Shown here: positions 56,489 through 64,000 of the stretch, piece after piece
Position numbering within the stretch: position 1 is the stretch's first letter
Layout of the letters: every line of letters starts with the position of its first letter
Assembly (NCBI GenBank): GCA_965205485.1
Contig: OZ242180.1
Location: 2,176,001-2,240,000 of the forward strand
DNA from: Candidatus Latescibacterota bacterium
GTDB taxonomy: Bacteria; Latescibacterota; UBA2968; GCA-2709665
Reading direction: 5' to 3'
DNA: 64,000 bases
The notes under the pieces: model-generated
Told to the model about the DNA's origin: nothing
Seen by the model: only the letters and a program-made list of their open reading frames with translations
Databases searched by the model: none
Position numbers and translations under genes: made by a program

Positions 56489-58048
56489 TTACTGCACGCC
56501 GAATATCCTTGCCGCGTTGTCCCACAATATCATGCGCTTCAACCCGTCGGGAATGTCGGCGTAGAGCACCCGTCCGAGTTGATAGGGGAATCCGTTTACG
56601 GGATGGTCCGATCCGTACAGGATCTGATCGGGGGGCGCATGTTCGACGAGCCAGGGGAGGGTGCCGCGCGCCATTTTCGAGTAACCCAGATCGAAAAACA
56701 GATTCGGCCGTGCATGGGCGACATCCAGAAAGGGCGCCAGTCCCTCGCGGCTGCCTCCGCCGAGGTGGGCATAGATGAACTTCGCGTTGGGGAACGCGGC
56801 GAGCGTATCCATCAGGAACGCGGGAGACGGCCCGCGGTGGACATGGCAGAGCATCGGGCAGTTCCGCTCGTGCGCCGTCTGAAACGCGAGACGGTAGCCA
56901 CGGTCCTCGGTCGACGTGTCGTGAAGCGCGCAGTGGATTTTGATGCCCCGGCAACCGAGTTCGTCGAACCCGCGCGCCATCTCACCGGCCATCTCCGTTT
57001 CGTAGTTCGGATTGTAGACCACGTAACCCACGAGCCGGTCGGGAAAGGCTGCCACGCCGTCGCCGATCCGGGTGTTTCCTTCACGGTAGTCGGCCCCGAT
57101 CGCGAGAAAGTGGCTGACGGCAAACCGTTCAACCCCCACTTCGTCCATGCGCGACACCATCTGTTCGGCCGACCAGTCGCGGTGGTACTTCGAATGAAAT
57201 CTGCCGAGGTGGCCATGGACGTCAAACACGCGGAAACCGCGCCCGCCGCAGGGCCAGTCCGGTTCAGGTCCGGTCTCCCGTTCCGGGAGACCCAGCAACC
57301 GCCTGAGGGTGTTTCCTGCGATATCGGCCCGCTGGTTCTGCGAAATTCGCGCGCCCGTCAGAAGGCCCAGCGGACCTCCCGGGTCCCAGGTCGGCATCCC
57401 CGTCCCGAACAACAAGCGCCCGTGTCCGAACCGTCCTGAAATCTCCTCCACGATCCGCGACTCCTGGATGTAGGACGCCTCGATGTAAATGTTGGGAAAC
57501 GCATCCCACACCCCGTAAAGCGCCCTCGCGGTCGTGCCGCCTTCGCGAATCAGCACGAGCGGCAGCGTGGGGTGCGCTTCCGCGATCTCGAAGACCGCGC
57601 GCCAGTCCGTGAGCTGGCTCCAGCTCGTCCGCCCCTGGTCAAGTATCAGAGGGATTCCCGCTTCGGAAAGGGATCTCAGCAGCGGCCGAAGAATCCGTTC
57701 CAGCAACGGAAAGCCGTGGACACCCGGAAACAACCTGACGGCACGCACGTCCTGCGCGCGCATCTGCGCCACGAGTTCATCCGGCTCGGTCTGTTCTCCC
57801 GTACCCGGGGGCAGAACGGCCCAGCATGGGTGGAGGCGCGGATGGGAACGCGTGGCCTCAACCACCCATGCGTTCCCATCAGCCGGGTGTCCCATCGCGG
57901 CGTGGCTCGCGTAGACCAGGGCTTCGGAGATACCCAGTCGATCCATCTCCGCCAGCAGCGCTTCGGGTGTCCGAAAGCACGGCTCGCGGTTGGTGCGCGT
58001 GGGTCCCAGCATGCAATTCATGTCGAAGATATCCATTCCGTTCTCCAT
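56489..58048 (-). CDS. Tandem amidohydrolase (two Amidohydro_2-like domains)
   Basis: RLLFGTGMP in domain 1; DVHGH, GIKIH, IYAHLGG, ILYGSDHP, NAARIF in domain 2. Confidence 0.85.
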   Translation of the reverse strand: MENGMDIFDMNCMLGPTRTNREPCFRTPEALLAEMDRLGISEALVYASHAAMGHPADGNAWVVEATRSHPRLHPCWAVLPPGTGEQTEPDELVAQMRAQDVRAVRLFPGVHGFPLLERILRPLLRSLSEAGIPLILDQGRTSWSQLTDWRAVFEIAEAHPTLPLVLIREGGTTARALYGVWDAFPNIYIEASYIQESRIVEEISGRFGHGRLLFGTGMPTWDPGGPLGLLTGARISQNQRADIAGNTLRRLLGLPERETGPEPDWPCGGRGFRVFDVHGHLGRFHSKYHRDWSAEQMVSRMDEVGVERFAVSHFLAIGADYREGNTRIGDGVAAFPDRLVGYVVYNPNYETEMAGEMARGFDELGCRGIKIHCALHDTSTEDRGYRLAFQTAHERNCPMLCHVHRGPSPAFLMDTLAAFPNAKFIYAHLGGGSREGLAPFLDVAHARPNLFFDLGYSKMARGTLPWLVEHAPPDQILYGSDHPVNGFPYQLGRVLYADIPDGLKRMILWDNAARIFGVQ

Positions 58049-58063
58049 TTAGCAGATTGCGGC

Positions 58064-60043
58064 TTATATGAAGACTCTGTTACCGATCGTTCCCGAAATG
58101 TAGTCCACGATACACCAAACGCCCGCCCCAGTGGCCTCTCCCAGAATAATCCCCATGAAGAACGGCCGGGTCCTCCGGTACAGCGTCGCCCCTCCGAATT
58201 TCAACACGGTCGCTTTCATCCACCAGGCCAGAAATACGCTGAAGAAGTAGGTATCCGTGTACCAAATCGTACTCAATGGAAGCGCAACCGGGTGCAGGGG
58301 CCACCACCTGAGACGCATCCTCAGCAGGGTCAACAGACCCGCAATACCCATCCCGAGTCCGGTATAAAGCATGCCTTTCGTGAAAACGGGACTCGGCTCC
58401 AGCATGCGCGTCCCCACAAAGGCATCGAACGGGATGCGCGAATAATCGCGAAAGTGCCGGTCCAGATTCAGACCGCCCCGCGCATAGCCCAGATCCAGCG
58501 TCATCCCGCTTGCGGTAACCAGCCCCACCGCCATTGCCGCGCCCATCGCCCAGATCAGGCCGCGCTTGCGCCTCATCCCCCTCGACAGCCACAGCGCCCC
58601 GAGGGCGCGGGGCATCACGTTGCTGACTCGCGTCATCGTCCAGGCGTAACCGAACCCCAGCGTCACCAAGCCCGCCGGGCCGAAGGCCGACGAACCCGTT
58701 GCGCAGACCACAAACTCGGCGGGGTTGATGGGCGAATAGGTGGCCACGAATCCCGTCTCGCTCACGATCCGCGCAAGAACAAAAAACACCACGATACATG
58801 AGAAGAACAGAAACAGGATCAGAGCGAGGGAAATTCCTGCCTGGTACAACCAGCACCCAAGATATACCAGGCCCCCCAGGGTACCGAAGACCGCGGCACG
58901 GTAGGAGATGACTTCACCGGAGTCGTCGGCGGTTGACGACGCCCCGGACGCCCTGGCAAAGACCCCGCGCAGGTGGGCCCGCGCCGTCCACGCGCTGTAC
59001 GCGGCCAGCACCAGCATGTATCCCATACCGGTCAGCGCGAGAAACGACGACCCGCGGGAACTGAACCGGCCGACCATACCCGAGACATCCGTATACTCCG
59101 CTCCGAAGACCGCCAGCGTCCCCCTGATGACCTTGGAGATGACGTTGAACACCCAGATGCTCAGGCTCACGTCCAGGTTCACAAAGTAGGAATACCCGAG
59201 AATTGCAAAGTGCATCCTCAGGGGTAACGGGGTCGTCCCCTGGAAAATCCACAGCAACGTCCCCATCTGGACCCGGGGTACCGTATGGAAATAGTGATTC
59301 AGCCCATTGATCGTACCGATCAAAAGCGGGACCGCAAAGCCCGCCCACATCAATCGGCTCCTGAACAAGGGTCCCAGGCGCCCGGCATCCGTTTCCGTCA
59401 TTTCCAGCGGGACCTGGAGAATCGGAAACGCGAACCTCTCGTACTCCGCCCACTGCCTGCGGAATATCACCGCGATGCATAACAGCACTCCGAACAGCAC
59501 CAAAAAAAACGACCCCCAACTTGCCAGGGGGGCCAGCCATGCCAGCCAGGGCAGGGGGACATTGTGCGGAAGCCCCTCGTAGAACCCCCGCACCGCCTCG
59601 GCGTTACGGGGGGCCGTCCACGGCAGTATATGGGGCAGTACGGCTTCCAGGTCGGGACGCTCCGGAGAAGCGTAGTAGGTCACGCCAGTCAGAAAGGCGA
59701 TAAGCCACTTGACCATCCACAGTGCCGGCATCGACACCAGAAGCATCGAAAAAATGCACAGAAGCTCTCCACGTTTCAGGCATTGCGCCGGCTTCAGGAC
59801 GACGTTGCAGAAAAGGATCAGCAGGAGAAAAACGAACAGGATGCCCCTGTCCACAAAATAGTAGTGGAGAGAGGTGCCCTGGATCACCATACGGTTATAG
59901 GGGATGACAACTGCCAGAAAGAGGCACAGGGCGAGCCCGATCAGGAAGGCCCTGCCCGTCAGTCCGTCCCGTACCTCCTCACACACCCCGCTACGTTCGC
60001 CAGGTGTCCGATCTCGAAGGCTCTCCGCCGGGACGTCGCCCAT
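58064..60043 (-). CDS. Large polytopic membrane protein (DUF6785/DUF6784-like)
   Basis: GLTGRAFLIG, RRQWAEYERFAFP, RIVSETG, WWPLHPV, GGATLYRRTRPFFMGIILGE. Confidence 0.8.
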   Translation of the reverse strand: MGDVPAESLRDRTPGERSGVCEEVRDGLTGRAFLIGLALCLFLAVVIPYNRMVIQGTSLHYYFVDRGILFVFLLLILFCNVVLKPAQCLKRGELLCIFSMLLVSMPALWMVKWLIAFLTGVTYYASPERPDLEAVLPHILPWTAPRNAEAVRGFYEGLPHNVPLPWLAWLAPLASWGSFFLVLFGVLLCIAVIFRRQWAEYERFAFPILQVPLEMTETDAGRLGPLFRSRLMWAGFAVPLLIGTINGLNHYFHTVPRVQMGTLLWIFQGTTPLPLRMHFAILGYSYFVNLDVSLSIWVFNVISKVIRGTLAVFGAEYTDVSGMVGRFSSRGSSFLALTGMGYMLVLAAYSAWTARAHLRGVFARASGASSTADDSGEVISYRAAVFGTLGGLVYLGCWLYQAGISLALILFLFFSCIVVFFVLARIVSETGFVATYSPINPAEFVVCATGSSAFGPAGLVTLGFGYAWTMTRVSNVMPRALGALWLSRGMRRKRGLIWAMGAAMAVGLVTASGMTLDLGYARGGLNLDRHFRDYSRIPFDAFVGTRMLEPSPVFTKGMLYTGLGMGIAGLLTLLRMRLRWWPLHPVALPLSTIWYTDTYFFSVFLAWWMKATVLKFGGATLYRRTRPFFMGIILGEATGAGVWCIVDYISGTIGNRVFI

Positions 60044-60121
60044 CCGTCACGTCCTCGTTTTTACAGCAATTCCTGGATCTCGACCATCGACGGGATATCG
60101 TACCGTCGCAATCTCCTCGCC

Positions 60122-61024
60122 CTATCTCGAAGCAACAGCGGCGGTTTCACTCCGGGAATCCACATCATCGGGAGTTACCTTACTCTCCTCGAGAACGGTC
60201 TGGATTTCATAGATTGATCCACTGCGCTCCGCCGGGGGAAGCGGGAGCCGGACCGGGGCGTCGACCATGCGCGGTTCCCGGGTGGGTTCGCCTCGGAGGA
60301 TCTTTCCGTTGAATTCTTCCCAGGTATTGATGGGTTGAACCAGCGGAAAGGCATCGACCGCGCAATACATGTACAGCAGAAGACGCCGTGGCTTTCCGGA
60401 CGTATTCGGGGCGGATGCGTGCAGCGTCCGGACGTGGTGGATGGAGATACCGCCGGCCCTGATTTCGATCGGGACGGCGCCTTCGCCGGTGAAATCCGGT
60501 TCGGTGACGGCGCCGGCAAATCGACCGTTGAGGTGGTGGTCGTGTATGCGCCCCTTGTGAGACCCCGGAATGACCAGCAGGCAGCCGTTCTCGAGGGTCA
60601 TATCGTCTATGGCGACACCGACCGCGAGCAGGTCGTCGTTGGTATGGGGGTAGAACGCCCAGTCCTGGTGCCATTCCACCGGGCTGCCCACCTCCGCGGA
60701 TTTCATGTTGAGCTTGTCCCCGTTGGTACGTATACCGGGACCGATGAGCTGCGCGGTGATGTCCAGGATCTTTTCGTGTCGCAGCCCGCGGGCGTACACG
60801 TCGTGGCTCCCGGACGGGTTTATGAGACGGCGCAACTGCGGGTTTTCCGGCGTATGGCCCGGTTCCAGATCGAATACGTCGGTGGTTTCGGTGACCTGCC
60901 TTGAAGCTTCGACAAACGCATCGGTGACCCGGCGAAGTTCCGCGACTTCCTCACCGGAAAGAACGCCATCCACGCCGAGATAGCCGTTGGTATGGTAGAA
61001 ATCAACTTGTTCCTGAGAAAGCAT
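60122..61024 (-). CDS. PhyH-family 2OG-Fe(II) dioxygenase
   Basis: WHQD, ENGCLLVIPGSH, TLHASAPN, R. Confidence 0.92.
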   Translation of the reverse strand: MLSQEQVDFYHTNGYLGVDGVLSGEEVAELRRVTDAFVEASRQVTETTDVFDLEPGHTPENPQLRRLINPSGSHDVYARGLRHEKILDITAQLIGPGIRTNGDKLNMKSAEVGSPVEWHQDWAFYPHTNDDLLAVGVAIDDMTLENGCLLVIPGSHKGRIHDHHLNGRFAGAVTEPDFTGEGAVPIEIRAGGISIHHVRTLHASAPNTSGKPRRLLLYMYCAVDAFPLVQPINTWEEFNGKILRGEPTREPRMVDAPVRLPLPPAERSGSIYEIQTVLEESKVTPDDVDSRSETAAVASR

Positions 61025-61093
61025 GGGTATGGCTCCTTTTGGATGAAGTGATCAGTCGATTATCGCTGGAAATTTGAATCGTTAAGACAGCTT

Positions 61094-63073
61094 CTAAAGA
61101 AGGGACATATTGCCGACCTTTCCGGTGGCAAAGTCGATGAGGCTCCACGTGCCCAGGCAGACCGCCTCGCCCAGGATGATCCCGATAAAGAACGGCCTGG
61201 TCTTACGGTACAGGGTCGCCCCGCCGAACTTCATCACGAGCGCCTTGATGCCCCACGCCAGAAAGATACTGAAATAATAGTGTTCTGTCATCCATATCGT
61301 GCTTACAGGAAGGGCGATCGGGTGGATGGGCCACCATGACAGGCGCGTTCGCAGGACCATGAACAGAGCGGCAAGACCCAGTCCCAGTCCGGTATATGCG
61401 AATCCCCTGTAGAACACCGGGCTGGGATCCAGCAGCCGGCGTCCCACGTATTCGTCGAACGGCAACGCGGCGTCGTTCACGTCGCGGAACCAGTAGTCGA
61501 GGTTCCGGCCTCCGTGCGCGTATCCGAGATCCAGCGTCGTGTGGCTTGCGACAACCAGCCCCACGGCCAGGGCGGCGCCCATCGCCCAGATCAGTCCCCG
61601 CGTCCGTCCCATTTCCCTCGCCAACCTGAGCGCCGCCGAAGCGCGTGGCATCAGCGTGTTCAGCCGGGTCATCGACCACACGTAACCCACGCCCGCGGTT
61701 ACCAGACCGGTGGGACCGAACGCCGAAGAACCCACCGCGCATACGACGAACTCCGACGGGTTCAATGGCGAATAGGTCGCGGCATAGCCGGTTTCGCTGA
61801 CGATTCTCGCCAGGACGAGAAAGACGACAAAGGAGGCGATAAACAGGAGTGCGATTACATGCGGCGGCAGTCCCGCCTGGTAGAGCCAGCATCCCAGATA
61901 CAGTGTGCCCATCAAGACACTGGCCACCGCCGTCCGGTAGGGTAGCACCTCCTCCGAATCGACAAGATGTGACGGGCGTCCCAGCACCTTCGTCCAGACG
62001 GCTTTCAGGTGGCCCCGGGCAATCCACAGGCTGTACCCGGCCAGCGCCAGCATGTACCCCATGCCCATGAACGCCAGGAACTCCGACCCCTGGGAGCTGT
62101 GCCGCCCCACCATCCCGGATACGCCGTAGCGTTCCGCACCCAGCATTGCAGACACGCCGTTTATGCATTTGGCGATAACGTTCAGGAGCCAGATGCTGAG
62201 ACTCACGTCCAGGTTCACGAAATAAGCATAACCCAGCAGCGCGAAGTTGAGCCTGATTGACATCGGTATTGCACGCCGGAAGATCCAGATCACCGCGCGC
62301 AGGCTTATCCGGGGCAGTGTGTGGTAATAGCTGTGCAGCGCGTTCACCGAACCGATGGCGAACGGAATCGCAAACCCCGACCACATCAACCGGCCGCGGA
62401 ACAGCGGTCCGATCCAACCGTCGCCGCGTTCGCCCATCGCAAGGGGAACCTGCATGATGGGGAAGGCGAATCGCTCGTGTTCCTCCCACTGTTTTCTGAG
62501 GATCACCGCCACGCAGCCCAGCACCACGAACAGCGCGACCAGGAATGAGCCCCAGCTCCACAGAGGGACCACCCACGCCCACCAGGGCACGGAACCGCCC
62601 TTCGGCAATCCTTCGTACAGCCATTTGACGGGCTCGGCGTCCAGCACCGCGAGCCACGGCAGGGAGTAGGGCAGGACAGCCTCCAGGTGCCGCATCTCCG
62701 GAGACGCATAGTAGGTTACGCCCGTCATGAACCCGAGCAATGCCTTGGTCATCGCCCATGCGGGCATCAGGAGCAGCAGCATTGCATAGATGGCCAGCAA
62801 CTCGCCCCGGCCCAGGGCGTAGCGGCGTTTCAGGAGGCCGAGCAGCGGGTTGAGCAGTACGGCCAGACAGAAAAAGACGAACAGCACGCCCCGGTCCAGA
62901 AAGTACCAGCCCATAAAAGGGCCCTGGACCACCATTCTGTTGTAAGTCAGCCAGACACCAAGAAGAGCGCACAGTCCGAGGCCGATCAGGAACGCCCGGA
63001 GCGAGAGACCGTCTCCGGACGTCACATCCGGATTCCGGCTTTCCGAAATGACGGTTCCTGCCTGCCGTGTCAT
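61094..63073 (-). CDS. Large polytopic membrane protein (DUF6785/DUF6784-like), paralog of 58064-60043
   Basis: Same motifs (RKQWEEHERFAFP, NLDVSLSIW, RIVSETG, WWPIHP); ATG 63073 with GGGAGG SD. Confidence 0.8.
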   Translation of the reverse strand: MTRQAGTVISESRNPDVTSGDGLSLRAFLIGLGLCALLGVWLTYNRMVVQGPFMGWYFLDRGVLFVFFCLAVLLNPLLGLLKRRYALGRGELLAIYAMLLLLMPAWAMTKALLGFMTGVTYYASPEMRHLEAVLPYSLPWLAVLDAEPVKWLYEGLPKGGSVPWWAWVVPLWSWGSFLVALFVVLGCVAVILRKQWEEHERFAFPIMQVPLAMGERGDGWIGPLFRGRLMWSGFAIPFAIGSVNALHSYYHTLPRISLRAVIWIFRRAIPMSIRLNFALLGYAYFVNLDVSLSIWLLNVIAKCINGVSAMLGAERYGVSGMVGRHSSQGSEFLAFMGMGYMLALAGYSLWIARGHLKAVWTKVLGRPSHLVDSEEVLPYRTAVASVLMGTLYLGCWLYQAGLPPHVIALLFIASFVVFLVLARIVSETGYAATYSPLNPSEFVVCAVGSSAFGPTGLVTAGVGYVWSMTRLNTLMPRASAALRLAREMGRTRGLIWAMGAALAVGLVVASHTTLDLGYAHGGRNLDYWFRDVNDAALPFDEYVGRRLLDPSPVFYRGFAYTGLGLGLAALFMVLRTRLSWWPIHPIALPVSTIWMTEHYYFSIFLAWGIKALVMKFGGATLYRKTRPFFIGIILGEAVCLGTWSLIDFATGKVGNMSLL

Positions 63074-63108
63074 TCGATCCGCGCCTCCCGATGGTCGAGT
63101 GGAAGCGT

Positions 63109-64000
63109 TCAACGTTCGAACCGTACGTGAATCGCCAGGAGATCGCAATCGCCGGGAATATCGAGCGGTATTCGCATCGTTCCGTCCTCCGCCGATATCA
63201 CGCGGTCATTCCAGTTCGCGCCGGACCAGATCTCGACAACGTCTTGCGCGCTTCTTCCTTCGGGAAGGACGATCTCCAGCGCCGTCCGGCTCCTCACCGG
63301 CGTATACGGAAACACGATGGCCATCAGCGAATCGCCGTCTCTGACCATCGGGAGCAACTCGATGGTGGGCACGGCCCTCCGGTCGGTCGGCCGCAGCATT
63401 CGGTAATCGTCAACGGGCGGAAAGGGCGTCAAACGCGCCAGGGGCCTTCGGCCGGCCGCCCAGAGGATCAGCCTCCGCAGCAACGCCACGTTGGACGTCT
63501 CCTCCAGAAAAGACATTCCGGGAACGTTTCCCGTATATTTCACGGCAGGCATGCCCGCCAGCCAGGCCTCCCTCCGGGATCCTTCCTCGACCAGCACCAG
63601 GGCCGGCCGGCCATCCACGGTCCCCAGCACCTGCCCGTCCGGATACCCGCCGTCCACCCGGGTCGTCAGGATCACGGGATGTTCCAGGCCCTCGGTGAGC
63701 GGATGGTTGTGCAAGAGATCGACTTCAAAGATGCCGGACTCGATCTCCCATGGCAGCTTGCACGCGCCACTCCCTGCCCACGGAGCGGCCGGCCGGTTGC
63801 CGATCCACAGGAGCCCCTCTCCACGTTCCGCAACCGCGTTGACAACGTCGAGCTGGGACTGCGTGAGGCAATGCACCTCGGGGAGGATGACCGGGCCGCT
63901 CAGCTGATCGCCGGCGTCGTCCAAACGCTGGTCCCAGAACCAGCGCCATGGCAGGCCGGTACGGTAGACCATATCGACCATCCGGATCAAGCCTTCATGT
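63109..64000 (-). CDS. Hypothetical protein, C-terminal part (beta-galactosidase trimerisation/GATase1-like region)
   Basis: Open frame to window end; VILPEVHCLT, HPLTEGL, DGRPALV. Confidence 0.6.
   Translation of the reverse strand, partial: HEGLIRMVDMVYRTGLPWRWFWDQRLDDAGDQLSGPVILPEVHCLTQSQLDVVNAVAERGEGLLWIGNRPAAPWAGSGACKLPWEIESGIFEVDLLHNHPLTEGLEHPVILTTRVDGGYPDGQVLGTVDGRPALVLVEEGSRREAWLAGMPAVKYTGNVPGMSFLEETSNVALLRRLILWAAGRRPLARLTPFPPVDDYRMLRPTDRRAVPTIELLPMVRDGDSLMAIVFPYTPVRSRTALEIVLPEGRSAQDVVEIWSGANWNDRVISAEDGTMRIPLDIPGDCDLLAIHVRFER

Noticed and set aside
27817..64000. Integrative element or prophage at tRNA-Val
   Set aside because: No integrase, phage genes or duplicated tRNA 3' end noticed in the window

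Overview
GC-rich bacterial chromosome segment. Gene content (DUF6785-like membrane proteins, PhyH, PorV-like barrel, DUF3098) suggests an FCB-group lineage such as Latescibacterota/Gemmatimonadota; this is inference. 1-13.4 kb: division/cell-wall cluster on the minus strand (mraZ-rsmH-ftsL-ftsI-murE-murF-ftsW-murG-murC-murB-ftsQ-ftsA), lacking mraY, murD and ddl, with a MITE between murE and murF and MraZ boxes at its promoter. 14-27.8 kb: housekeeping genes (uppS-cdsA-dxr-rseP, 5-FCL, pentapeptide protein, an RluA homologue lacking the catalytic Asp, PASTA protein, rpe, ffh-rpsP-rimM-trmD-rplS) ending in tRNA-Val(TAC). The tRNA overlaps the stop codon of the upstream gene and is followed by a terminator and a probable group IIC intron 5' remnant. 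28-64 kb: accessory genes. The most striking is a metal-associated operon in which a His-rich ArsP/SO_0444-type permease is fused to an HflK-like SPFH domain and followed by HflC-like, HflK-like, orphan binding protein, membrane protein and ZIP genes, suggesting an SPFH cage built around a metal transporter. Also present: a DUF2236 oxygenase/MMPL/LolA-like/OM-barrel cassette with a uORF-hairpin switch, and a twin-DUF6785/PhyH/amidohydrolase/deacetylase/acetyltransferase operon. All family calls are from motif recognition by eye, with no database searches.
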